From assembly GCA_010093605.1 (NCBI GenBank), contig MU004197.1:1054001-1118000 (forward strand): a stretch of 64,000 nucleotides of DNA, written 5' to 3'. This document shows positions 37,657 through 49,816 of the stretch, piece by piece. Numbering within the stretch: the first letter of the stretch is position 1; each line of letters begins with the position of its first letter. The DNA is from Lophium mytilinum (taxonomy: Eukaryota). The notes beneath the pieces are model-generated. The model worked only from the letters and a program-made list of their open reading frames with translations, ran no database searches and was not told the origin of the DNA. The position numbers and the translations under genes were made by a program.

Positions 37657-38610
37657 ATGACGCGCTTCCGCCCTTGCATTGACCTACATGCAGGCTCCGT
37701 GAAGCAGATCGTGGGCGGTACTCTCTCCTCCACCCTGCCCGAATCTCTCAAAACCAACTACGTCTCCAAACTGCCCGCAGCGCACTTTGCGCAACTATAC
37801 AAGGAGAATGATCTCAGCGGTGCGCACGTTATAATGCTAGGCCCGGGGAACCGGGAGGCTGCGAGAGAGGCGCTGGAGAGCTGGAAGGATGGGTTGCAGG
37901 TTGGGGGTGGGATTGATGATACGAACGCTGCGGAGTGGGTGAAAGCTGGTGCTGAGAAGGTGAGGGTCTACACTAGTCTTTACCGTCTCGACCGAGGCAG
38001 CAAGAACATCCTTAGGGGATATATGGAGAATGAGACGGTTTTCTGGAAGTCCAGAGCTAATAAGTTCGCGTAGTAGGTGATCATAACCTCCTTCCTCTTC
38101 CCTAATGGCACGTTCTCTCTTCCGCGCCTGCAATCAGTCCTCAAAGCTCTCGGAGACGATAAGGAGAAGCTCGTTATCGATCTGAGTTGTAGGAGGAAGG
38201 GTGAGAAATGGTTTGTGGCCATGAACAAATGGCAGACTATCGCAGATATGGAGTTGAACCAAGGTAAGATGAGCCTCGAGACTGGTGACGAGATTTGGTA
38301 TTTGACATGTTATTTAGAGTCTATCTCCCTTCTAGAACCATACTGCTGCGAATTCCTCATCCACGCTGCCGATAACGAAGGCCTCCAAGCGGGCATCGAC
38401 CACGAGTTGGTCCAGAAGCTTGCTGAGTGGTGCTCTATCCCAGTGACATATGCTGGTGGAGGGAGGAATCTGGATGACTTGGAATTAGTCAAGAAGCTGA
38501 GTGGCGGAAAGGTAGATCTGACGCTTGGAAGTGCTTTAGATGTCTTTGGAGGCAGTGGAGTTACTTTCGAGGACTGTGTGAAGTGGAACCGGGCCCAAGA
38601 GAAGGTATGA
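37657..38610 (+). CDS. HIS6: ProFAR isomerase (HisA-type); introns 37960-38076, 38264-38317
   Basis: [87 protein letters not shown]. Confidence 0.96.
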
Positions 38611-38999
38611 AAGAGACACTCACTGGTATTACTTGAGACGAAACGATTACTAGGTTGGTTCCGGCCTCCATCTAGTAAGCTTCTCCACGAAAAGCTCACT
38701 TCTATAAGATCAGCTACCTTTTCATAAAACGAGTCGTGAAGCATGCTGCATGTAACTTGTCCTACCGTCCCCGCAATACATCATTGCTTTGCTTATCCTC
38801 TCCCACCGCTGAATGCTACTATACATCTTGTACCACTCCTCAGAATAACATGTTCCTGAAGCTAGTATAAACACACCCAAGCTGCTTAGTATAAACTGCA
38901 ACGCTTCCTCATCGGCCAGTCATACATGTTCTTAATGCTCGGAAAGAATTTCTCTGAAGACAACAATTACTCCGTATCATCATGGGTCAACGAGTGGAC

Positions 39000-40222
39000 T
39001 TACTACCTTGACGCCGTAGTCTTTAGGGATTCCATTTCCGTCTTCATTGAGTGTCTTTCCTCCGTATATTAGGGGGAACGTTTTAGCATCGGGATGGCGG
39101 GCAAAAGAGTCGCGGACGCGAGCTTGCAATGAAGTTTCGACGCTGAACACAAGGCAGTTGAGGTCCTGGACGAATATCTGAACTTGTTGTTCGCCTGGTG
39201 CCCGCGGGGGTGGAGGGCCCCAGAGGTTTGCGGTTTTTCGCCGAGGACACGGAGAGCAGATCCCTTGTGGTTCAGCTGTTTGACACGGTAAAAAGGTAAC
39301 AAGTATTTAAGCTGACGACCTACGTTTTTGATACCAAGGGATCGTATTGATACGTCATCGTCTAACCTAGTCAGCAAAGCTCTCCTAGAATGGAGACTTT
39401 TTGACATGTCACCGCTCAAGTACTTCCAATCATCAGTTCGCAAGCGATTCTCGCTCTTCAGCAACACCTTCCGGGTCTTCCATCATCATTTTCCTCACCT
39501 GAACCGATGTCATGCCAACATCTACTTAGATTATATGACTAGAATGGTAAGCCGTCTCAACGTAAAGCTCTAAAAGAGCTGGGTTGATCATAGACTGAAG
39601 ACCGCCAGTGACTTCCTCTCTAGTGACCTGTGCCTTAGCCGAATAGGCACTTCCGAACGGCAAGGCAACAAACTGCCGCACCTGTCCATTTCGAATAGCA
39701 ATCCCGTTAAGCCGTCGCTATTTTAGAACCACGACATCATCCTGAACAGACTTTTCCTCCTTCAGAAGCTTCAGCCGCCTCAGCCTCGTCGCAGCTGTTG
39801 CAATCGCAGGCTCCCCGGAAATGGCGTTGATGCCACCAACGAATACCTTGATTGCATATGGGTGATCGGAGCGGAATTGAATTCACATTGCTTCTCGTTC
39901 TATGAGTTTGCAACTATCAGTAACGGAAGACCAATCTAACCATTTCGACGTGACCTAGTTGAAACAAAATCGACTTTTATAGGAACGGACGATACATAGC
40001 AAGAAAACAACCCCCCTTTCTCCTCCATCTTATCAGGAAGCCTTTCAGCATAGTCTTCTGCCTTGTACAGCGGGAAGCTGCCTGGAGATAGAGGCAAGGG
40101 CCGCAAGGCTGAGCTCTGCCCGTTACCTGGGACCGAGTCATGCGCTCGAAGGAGATCTCTAGGTCGTCGAGGTAGACGGTGCCGTCTTCTGGTCGGCTTT
40201 TCGGGTTCCTTTCGTACGTCAT
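39000..40222 (-). pseudogene. Pseudogene of a fungal protein with a conserved N-terminal domain plus ubiquitin-like domain(s)
   Basis: Reconstructed: LEISFERMTR/VPGN..PGSFPLYKAEDYAERLPDKMEEKGGLF/LAMY|QREAM*IQF..YAIKVFVGGINAISGEP..QDDVVVLK*RRLNGIA..GQVRQFVALPFGSAYSAKAQVTREEVTGGLQ; downstream QIFVQDL..LIYGGKTLNEDG..KDYGVK. Frameshifts near 40133 and 40003; stops at 39883, 39718, 39526. Confidence 0.8.
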
Positions 40223-40594
40223 TGCTGTTTTGGAGTTTACGAACGAAAGATGAGCAGGGGAAAAGTGGGCTGGGGAAATGCGACGATGGTTGCAAGCCAA
40301 AATGTGCTCAGCCTCTACCTAGCACAGATCGGGTCAGGAGAGATAGCCTCGCTTTCGCGTGTGTTGATATTGAATGGCCATCTTCAAGAGCTTCGTCTCT
40401 AGATGTCAGACTGTCCCATTTTAATGAATAGACTGCTAAGAGGCTGTTGAAGTCATGTTCGTTTGACCCACACGGAGATCAATGCTGAGAGGAATAACCA
40501 GAACTGATAGATAGTGGAACGTTAAGAAAGGTATGCTGCGAGGCATTTTGCTTGGCTATTTACAGTTTAAAACGAGAATGACTTTTCTGAGTTA

Positions 40595-43057
40595 TCAAAA
40601 CCCAAACGATTCCTGCGACGCCCATCTGGAGTCAGCAAGAATGAGCTCCAACAAAGCATCCAACAGCTCTTGCTGCAAGTCCATGTTCTGGAGTCTAGAC
40701 ACCCGCGTGCTAACGGGCTGGCTGGCAGTGATGGTAGACCATATGGCTTCCTTCTTGTCATAGTCCATGTACGTATCGTAGATGATGGGCCAGCATAATG
40801 ACAGCGGGTCGACGATGTCGAGTTGAGGGCCATGCCCAAGCTCGAGAACGCACTCCTGGTCACTAGGCACCGACTTTAGCTGGATGACTGTTCCCCTGGA
40901 GTCTGCTAGGTGTTTGACAATGCTGCTCTTCTTAGTGTTTTTGAGCTGGCATCGGACCTCCTCCCGTGGCGTGTGTGCAATGAGACGAATTGTCCAATCT
41001 CTGTGTTTCGGAATAGACGGGTCCATAGGCGAAGTGGATCCAATGCGTAGGACGCCGCTGGACTGCTTGTAGCTGATTGTAGTGCAGCTGAAAGTGACAT
41101 TATCGTCGCCCGCGTCCAGGCCGTCCGCTTCTACGACCTGGAATCCCCCGTCATCAACCTGGGTGCCTGATCCATTGTCCTCTATCAAATCGAAAGATCC
41201 GTCGGCTCCAACGACAAGTAGGATTTCCAAGGACGAAGGATTCGGTGCACCGTTCTTCAGGTGATGCGAGGCGTCGAGTGGGATAACGGCTCCTTCGGCA
41301 GCTAGCACAGGAACACCTGTGAGAGGCCTGTGGAGTAGTAGCTCCCGATCTCCGTCATACACAACCCCAGTAAAGATGTCGACGAAGCGCAACCCAGGAA
41401 GCCAAGCCTTGACCTTTCCGAGATGCGTGTCCGGATCTCGAGACCTCGTTATAGGAGCCACTATAAGCTCGCTGCCGAACTTGAATTGATTTGGCACAGT
41501 GTATGCCTCTTCGGCGTCAGGGTAGTCCCAATACATAGGCTGTACTAGAGGTTCATCGTCTAACGCAGATCTGGCGTTCATGGAATAGAGGTATGGAATG
41601 AGACGATGGCGCAAGCGCATCGTCTCCTCGATGATTTCACATGCTTCAGTGCCAAATTTCCAGGGTTCTCTGGTGTTGAATATGTTGTTTGACGAATGAA
41701 GTCTTAGAATCGGAGAAAAGCATCCAAGCTGAACCCACCGAGTAGTAAGCTCATCATCCTTGTACCCATGCATATGGCCGCCGATGTCGTGACTCCACCA
41801 ACCATATCCGATATTGGAAGCGGTTGCTGTGAATTCTGGTTGGAATTGAAGGGAGTCCCAGGTCATGACAGTGTCTCCAGAAAACCCAAGTTGGTATCGG
41901 TGAGATCCGGGGCCAGCGAACCTAGAGAAGATCAAGGGTCGTTGTCGTCCTCTGCCTATGTCCAAGAAATGGAAGTGATTCAGTACCCACAGTGGGTCGA
42001 TTCCCTCAATCTTCGAGCGATCGCCCTGTTGCCAGTCGATCCACCAGAAGTCGACACCTTCCTCTTCATGTTCATGATGTACAATATCAAAATACGCATC
42101 CATGAACTTGCGGTCCGTACAATCGAATTTGATCTGTTCCTTCTTCGAAGGATCGTACCCAAGATACTTAGCTACTTCGTTGTATTGATCCTCATAAGCA
42201 CGAATGCCGTCAGCAGGATGCACGTTCAAGGTCGTCCGCAAGCCGCGATCGCGGAGCTTTTCCAAGAAGTTGGATGGGTGTGGGAAAAGGTCCCTATTCC
42301 AGCTGTAACCTGTCCAGCCATTTCCGTATTCCGGAGGGATATTGACTTTGTGCCAATCCATATCCAGCACCGCAACGGTCATTGGAACGTTGTCACGTTG
42401 AAAGTGATCTATGAGATCAAGGTATTCCGTGTGAGAGTAGCGGTGATAGCGACTCCACCAGTTTCCTAAGGCCCACCGGGGTAGCAACGGCTGGCTTCCA
42501 GACACGGCGTAATATGCCCTCATGGCGTCGCGGTAATCGTGGCCGTACATGAATATGTAGGCATCACTCCGAGTTCCAGACTTCCTGGGCGCGATCCACC
42601 CATTCTTCTCGAATAGCATCGTCTTGGAGTCCTCGATGACGGCGAAGCCCTCTCGAGAAAGCACGCCAGGCTCGACGGGGATCCTCCCATTCGCCATATC
42701 CAGTGTCCGCGTGGTTCCTCCCAGAGTCTTGACATGCTGACCGTAGCACCAGCGATTGGTGATGGACCCTTTGAGCTGTATGGCAAAGCCTTGGGAGGTG
42801 AACTTCTTCTTGTTGTAGATCAGATGGAAGCGACTGGTCGAGATTTCAACAACGTCCCCGCGGTCCCACACGTAGAAGTCGGGAACGGCGAGTTTCCTGC
42901 GGACCGCAAAGGTCGAAGCTCTGTCTTCAAATTTGCCATCATCAGCCCATTCATATCGGAGGAGGCCGTCGGTCAGGATGGTGAAGCGGTAGTTGTCGCC
43001 CGCGACCACAGCATCGGCATGGGCAACAGGGCTCGTGGGGAAGTGGTAGCGGGACAT
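40595..43057 (-). CDS. Glycoside hydrolase family 31, GH31_u1-like (WWIDWQQ subfamily), no signal peptide
   Basis: PRWALGNWWSRY, AVLDMDWH, GWTGYSWNRDLFP, LNVHP, GVDFWWIDWQQG, SRFAGPGSHRYQLGFSGDT, GWWSHDIGGH, SPILRLHS; intronless. Confidence 0.93.
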   Translation of the reverse strand: MSRYHFPTSPVAHADAVVAGDNYRFTILTDGLLRYEWADDGKFEDRASTFAVRRKLAVPDFYVWDRGDVVEISTSRFHLIYNKKKFTSQGFAIQLKGSITNRWCYGQHVKTLGGTTRTLDMANGRIPVEPGVLSREGFAVIEDSKTMLFEKNGWIAPRKSGTRSDAYIFMYGHDYRDAMRAYYAVSGSQPLLPRWALGNWWSRYHRYSHTEYLDLIDHFQRDNVPMTVAVLDMDWHKVNIPPEYGNGWTGYSWNRDLFPHPSNFLEKLRDRGLRTTLNVHPADGIRAYEDQYNEVAKYLGYDPSKKEQIKFDCTDRKFMDAYFDIVHHEHEEEGVDFWWIDWQQGDRSKIEGIDPLWVLNHFHFLDIGRGRQRPLIFSRFAGPGSHRYQLGFSGDTVMTWDSLQFQPEFTATASNIGYGWWSHDIGGHMHGYKDDELTTRWVQLGCFSPILRLHSSNNIFNTREPWKFGTEACEIIEETMRLRHRLIPYLYSMNARSALDDEPLVQPMYWDYPDAEEAYTVPNQFKFGSELIVAPITRSRDPDTHLGKVKAWLPGLRFVDIFTGVVYDGDRELLLHRPLTGVPVLAAEGAVIPLDASHHLKNGAPNPSSLEILLVVGADGSFDLIEDNGSGTQVDDGGFQVVEADGLDAGDDNVTFSCTTISYKQSSGVLRIGSTSPMDPSIPKHRDWTIRLIAHTPREEVRCQLKNTKKSSIVKHLADSRGTVIQLKSVPSDQECVLELGHGPQLDIVDPLSLCWPIIYDTYMDYDKKEAIWSTITASQPVSTRVSRLQNMDLQQELLDALLELILADSRWASQESFGF

Positions 43058-44255
43058 GGCGGGCGGTTCGGGGCGAATGTCAAGCGGAGCATCAATCGGA
43101 ATCGTGGTGCTTTGCGGGGTTGCGGGGCATTGCGGAGGGAAGGTGTCTTTATTAAGCTGGGTGTTGATAGCGGGCGGGAATTGCAACGGGCGTTACGAAC
43201 TGTCACGATGGATGCTAGGGCCCTCTTGGAATAGTTCCCATGACCCACTTGCCGCAATCGATCGCGCGCCGCGTCAGACGACGCCGTCTTGGACGCTGCC
43301 AAAGCTGCAAGAAGGCCGGCTGTGCAGCATCCACTCACTATATATGCATATATAGCGCGAGTCAGCTGGTGAGCGACGAAGCCATAGCAGCTTCAAGCTG
43401 TCGGGTCGGAGCTGTTCACGCGCCTCGGCTGTCTAGTAGTGTCCGTGGTACCTGCAGCTTTTAGGAGCTTGATAGGTGGTGCGAACGTGGGCCTCTCGGA
43501 AGTAGCACGAAACCTTCTCCGCCATGCGAATTGGTGCCCCGCATCTGCTGCTCTGTAACAGGTTACCTACACGCTCGCCTGTCTGCCTGTCGTGGCTTGG
43601 AGTTGGCTTTCCAACTTGCAGGTGACAGCGCGAGGCCGCGTTTGTACGGAATCGGACTAGCGTCAAACTAACCTCTACACCTCGCCTACAGGCCCTCGCG
43701 ACTCGGGCTCCAGATATCAACCTCCAACACGTAGGCCAGGCGTGTAAACATGGGCGTCGCGATTGCGGCGTTGTAAATGCTCTCTCTTGCAAACCCTACG
43801 ACTCGAACTCCGTGGTAAAAATGGAATGATTCTCGCTATCTCCTTTTCGTCCCCTTTGCCTACTTTATCCTCCACGTAAAGGCAGAGGCGTGACTGAGTC
43901 GTCTAACCTCAGTCTTTTCATCACTTCACTTCTTTTGAACTTCTCTTCCACCCTCTTTACGTCCTCCTCGTCACCCACGCATCTACATCTACGAAACCTG
44001 CCGCTACGCTGTTTACGCACTCCACGCATACGGCAAGGCTGCGTCGCAAGCCACACCAGGAGGTACCCAACCTAAGCACCTGAAAGCCACTCCGTTTTGG
44101 CTGACAAGACTCGTTTAAAGCTTCGTCTAGACGCAACAGACGGAGTGATCGTTCCGGTCGCCAGCTTGTTTCTGACGCTACAACCTCACTTCTAATAAGC
44201 AACATCAAAGCAGCTGTTCAAACTGCATCTGCTGCGCTCCCCAGTCATCGCCGTT

Positions 44256-47200
44256 ATGGCCGAGAAAGATCCCTGGCATTGGTCCGTTGACGAGGTAGTC
44301 GATGCGCTTTGCAGCTCCAAGGACATCTACGACGAGGCTGGATGCAACAATGCTACTCTTCCCGACTTGACGGCGTTCGGCCAGCAGCTCCGAAACGAAG
44401 AGGTAAACGGCTGGACCTTGCTTACGGGTATGGACGCGTCGGTCTTGAAGGAGGATTTCCAGATCAAGGCTTTGGGCCATCGGCGGACACTACTCGAAAC
44501 TATCAAGTATTTGCAGGGCAAGTCAGTCATATACAGGCAAAAGAACCCTACACAGTTTCCAATCACCTTCGATACCGGTTTCCATACTCCAGGCTCAGGT
44601 TATCTCCCGGGTCGAGCTCCTTCCATCCAATCACCCCCAATATACTACCAAGGCGCTTTGCCAGCCTTTCCGAAGATTGATGAGCTACCTGACATTGGCC
44701 CATCCGAACAGCTTCTACTTGAGGCAGGCTTGTCCAGTACTGTTGCTGGTCATGGTCGACATGCAGGGGTGGACAGGCCTATGATCGATGTCGATTCTCA
44801 TGGCAATTCGATCTCTGATATTGCGGTACACGTTCGTGCTGGCGAAAATTTGGTAGTGGACCAGAGTGGAAAGAAGCGACGCAGGCTGAAAACCCTCGTG
44901 GTAGAGTCTCAGCCACGACCCACTTCCAATTACGGCTTTCAAGCTACGCCTTCCTTCCCTATCAAGGATATTTTCTTTCGAGGTGGAGCATCTGGCGATG
45001 ATGTTGACGAAGAAGACGAGTTCTGTTCTTTTGGACAGGCTGCGACTCCTGCGGACGCCAAGCGATACGTCTACCGTCAAATGCTACATTTTCTTAGAGG
45101 CCCGGAACAGGAGGAAGTTGAACGAGATGGTCAGCAAGCACTTGCTGTCTACCCCTATCGCAAGGGAATCGATACTTCTGATGGACCTCGTCCTGCTATA
45201 GTATTCCAGACCTTGAATAACGATGTTCGTGTTACACAAGAATCACACCCCACAAAGACCGATGATCCAATGCAGGAGGATAGCCACAGTGGACACGAAT
45301 GGGACTTTCTTCAGCATTGGGCCGAGGAACCAGGCGAAGAGCTCCGGCCCTATGGTGAATCAGGTTCGGAAATCAGCTGCAGTTCCAGTTTCTTCGAGCA
45401 GCTGGAAGACGAAGAACGAGAAAGAGAAGAAGCGAGAGCAAAGAACGGAGGCCCACTGTCCTCAACTGAAGTTTCTGATGTTGTGGAAGAAGTTGTCGCC
45501 GAGTTTCGGGATGACTGGCGTGAAAAGAAGCTTCCGTTACGAAAGTACAATGCATGGCGAGAGTGGAAGAAGGCAAGGAAGTCTATGGATCGGGAGCAAC
45601 TTTTGGAGGATGCGAAGATCAAGAAGGACCACCTGGATAACCGGCTTGCAAAGTACAAAAAGGAGATATCCAGTCAGATCTGGAAGAAGTCCTCCGAACT
45701 TCGCCGCCAATGCTTCATTCTTGAAGAGACTGTCTATCAGCAGGAGGTTCTGGCATGGAAAGTCTCGGTCTGGCAGAGAAACAGTGCCCCTCCACGCCCT
45801 GCGACGAAACCTAAGACGCGTACGAAAGTCCATAAGAAGCTTCAAAGTGATGAAGAGATCTTGAGTAGCGATGAGGCTGCCTCAGAAGGCATCTCGAATT
45901 TTGTGGATGCCGACGAGAACGACTTTACTCAGTTTGAGTTACATTCGCCTCAAGCAGGCCCAGTCAGCCAATCAACACAACCAAATAGTGCTTCTTCTTC
46001 TCCTATCAAGCTTCGACAAAAGCACGCAGCTCGCGTCAGTCGAGAGCCTGGGGGGAGTACCCTCGAGGGTGACGAAGATCGAATGGACCTAGACCAAGAG
46101 GTGGAAACTACTGACGTGAAGGACATGACGACTGTAGATGACAGCGGCCTCCATAATACGAACCCCGATCATGATCCAGACTACGAAGCCTCCGCTCCGA
46201 TTACTCCCCAGAATCAAACCCCGCAAAAGATTCGAACACCAAATTCTGTTATTGACCTTACCCTTTCCGCAGACGAAAGCGCTCCCGAAGATACACCTTC
46301 ACAGCCCCTGGTATACCCACGTTCGGAGTGGTTGAAGGGAAATCCAGAGCATGCTAGCGCCGACATGATTGCTAGTTGGGAGACGGACTTCCTGGAAGAG
46401 CGGTCGGACCGGAAGAGACTCATTATAAAGATTCTCAGTGAGGTCAATTCAGAGGATCGCGAAATTCTGAAGACGCGCTTACTGAAGCTTCGGGAACGCG
46501 ATTTGCTTGACGAAATGAGACGAGGGATCGGTGCATTGGCCCGCGGAGATCCGAGATTGAGCGGAGTTTCCAAGGAGGATTCTCGCAAGATCATGATGTT
46601 TGCAAGGCTCTACTTGTGCTGGTTCAGCTGTGATAGCCGTTGGTGGACGGAAATAGTCTCTAGAAATCCTCCAAACCACCGGAAGGATGATCAAGAAGTA
46701 TTCTACAACTTCCTGAAGCTTGTGCTGCTGCAAACAAAGCCAGACGGGCGCCAGAGTATCAGTCGGCTTCAGACTCCTACGAAGAAGTCAAACAAGAAGA
46801 CGATATTTCAAGCATCACCGATAGCTATCAGCAGCCCCGCTGGCCCCGAGACGGACGAGTCAGATGAGGAGATGATAGGGGCAGAGTCTCAAAATACGCA
46901 CAAGAGGAGGAAGCGGGCCGTAGCACAGAGTCAAGTTGCCCTGCAAAAAAGGGAAAGCGCCCAGATGCGTCGCCAAGAGCAGGAACGTTTCGAAGAGCAG
47001 CTAGACTCTTCGCAGGCTGGACAGGAGGTTTCTACCGACTCCATCATGATTAACACCAGTAAACTTGATGAACACGGAGCTGTGTTCCTTAACAAATTTA
47101 TCGCTGGGAAAATAAAGAAACATCAAATCGAAGGCGTCCGCTTCATGTGGCGAGAGATCATTACTGCAGCGTCATCTGGATCTCAGGGATGTCTGCTGGC

Positions 47201-49816
47201 ACACACCATGGGTCTTGGAAAGACAATGCAAGCGTAAGTCACCCTATGGTGTTCCTTCAATCCCGTATACTAATGTGCAATAGTATTACTCTGCTAGTGA
47301 CTATCACGGAAGCCGCACACTCCAAAGAAATGAAAATCAAGTCTCAGATACCCGAAGAGCTGCGCGAGTCGCGTACTCTCGTTCTTTGCCCAGCGGCACT
47401 GATTCCTAACTGGGTTGAAGAGTTTGATATGTGGGTTCCTCCGTTGACGAAGAGATTGATCGGGGCGCGAAGACCTATATCAGCCGACACACTCTTCGAG
47501 CGCCGCATAGACGATATTGAAGAATGGTATGAAGAGGGGGGCATATTGCTCATTAGCTACGAGATGCTAAGAAAGATTGTTGAAAACAAGGCGACAAAAC
47601 TCAGTGTCAATGGGCGATTACCAGAGGATCGGCACGAGGAACTCCTACATTGGCTTTTCGAAGGACCCAACATCATCATCGCTGATGAAGCCCACATCAT
47701 GAAAAATCCGAAAACCGGGCTCAGCTTAGCGTGTTCGAGATTCAAGACAAAGAATCGTATTGCTCTGACCGGCTCTCCTCTGAATAACAATCTTCTAGAG
47801 TATTACGAAATGATTCAATGGGTGTCACCCGGCTATCTTGGCAACAACACAGAGTTTAAGGCTCATTATCAGGAGCCCATACACCTAGGTCTATGGGGTG
47901 ACAGTTCCGATGAAGAATATCGGATGGCTTTAAGGTTACTCCGGGTTTTGAAGAACGAGATAGAACCAAAGGTCAACCGAGCTGATATCACGGTTTTGAA
48001 AGGCAGCTTGAAGGCTAAAGTTGAGTTTGTCATCCAAGTACCACTCACAGCCCTTCAAGAAGAGATCTACAGGACCTACGTCGAGAATCTTTTGAGTGGG
48101 CCAGCCAGGGGAGAGGACAATGTCTCCAGAACTCGTCTATGGAGCTGGCTAGCGATCTTGGTTTTGCTATGTAGTCATCCACAGATCTTTTTCGACAAGG
48201 TGCTTGACCTACTCAAGAACGACGCCCGGCTCAAGAAGCTGCCCAAGGCGGCCCCTGGGAGGCTGTCAGACACGGATGGGAGGCTGTCAGACACTGATGG
48301 GAGGCAGTTAGACACTGAAGACGATGGGATTGGCCAACCTGAGGTTCATCCTATCGATCAAGATGTTGAAGACATTTCTTTACAGTCTCTCCAGAGTCCA
48401 CTCACTACTATGGAAGCCCAAAAGGCTATCTATAATAGAGTCAAGAAAGAGGTCGGCAATATGAACCAAAGTTTCAAGATGGAGGCCGTCCAAAAGATCA
48501 TCAAGTATTCTAAAGAAGTTGGGGATCGAGTGCTTATTTTCTCGCACTCTATTCCAATATTGAACTTCCTGGAACGATATTGCAACAGTTCAAAGACGGT
48601 CTACCAGCGAATTGACGGATCTGTGAAGTCATCAAGCCGCCAGGCCCAAGCCAAGGCGTTCAACCAAGGCACGAGGTCAGCCAGCGTATTTCTGATATCC
48701 ACTAGGTCAGGTGGGCTGGGTCTGAACCTTCCCGGAGCCAATCGAGTCATCATCCTTGACATCAGTTTCAATCCTACCTGGGAAGAGCAGGCTATAGGTA
48801 GAGCCTACCGTATTGGCCAAGAGAAGCCAGTCTTCGTGTACCGCTTCCTAACCGCGGGTACCTTTGAGATCCCTGTTTACAACAAGGCTGTTTTCAAGAC
48901 ACAGCTCTCATACCGAGCTGTTGACAAGAAGAACGTCAAGGCTGTCGCTGATAGGGAAGAAAATCTACTGCAAGTTCCTCAACGGGTTGAAAGAGAAAAT
49001 CTAGACCGCTACATGGGCAAAGACCCGTTTGTCCTGGACCGAATTCTTAGTGGAGGGGGCACGTCGTGGATATGTTCGATTTCAACTATGGAGACTCTAC
49101 AAGAGGAAATTGCCGAGAACTTCACCCCAGAAGAACTAGAGGAGATTAGGCAAATGGAATACCGCGAGAAGCTGAGGAAGTCCGAGCCAGAGAAGTGGAA
49201 GCGTCTTGTGCATGAGGATCACATCAAAAAACAGGCTGAAGCAGCGGAAGCAAGACTCCGCGAACAACAGAGACAAGCACAATTCACCAACCCACAGCCT
49301 CCACCTCACTCATTCGTGCAAACGCCTAGCTTTGCGAGTGGTATGTCCCATAGACCTCAATTCCTACATGGAATGCCGCCCTCACTCCAGCAAGCACCAG
49401 TGGCGATTCGTTCCATAGGGCCGAACGTTCCGCCAAGTGGCTTCCCGGCTCTTGTCCCAAACGGTTTACCTGACATTGTTTTGAGGAGCGATAGACCGGC
49501 GTCTTCGTCTCCGCTTCTGATGCAAAACGGGCGAGGCCAGCCCCCGGCGAATGGGTTCGGTTTGACTCAACCTACTGGCCTTCAGATGAGGAGCTCTGCA
49601 CCACCTCGCCCAACAGGACCACCACGCGTGAGCAATTCTCGATATCAGAGACCCCAGGACCCTCAGGTCATCCATGAGATATCTTCAGCGGAAGATGAGG
49701 ATGCTGATTTGCCCGTCAATGGGGAAGCCCGACATCGCAAAGGCACATTAGGGCAAGACGACAATCAAGACAAGCCACTTAGCTTTAACGACAGACTTGG
49801 ACGTATGCAGCGATGA
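44256..49816 (+). CDS. SNF2-family ATPase, ATRX/Rad54-like, with N-terminal SAM-like domain; intron 47234-47283
   Basis: KKHQIEGVRFMW, GCLLAHTMGLGKTMQ, IIIADEAH, RIALTGSPLNNNL, VLIFSHSI, RIDGS, STRSGGLGLNLPGANRVII, EQAIGRAYRIGQ; N-terminus DPWHWSVDEVV..EEVNGWTLL..LGHRR resembles a SAM domain. Confidence 0.92.
48257..48319 (+). repeat. Coding 21-bp tandem repeat x3 (GRLSDTD GRLSDTD GRQLDTE)
   Basis: Read directly; lies in the linker between the SNF2 ATPase lobes. Confidence 0.9.
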
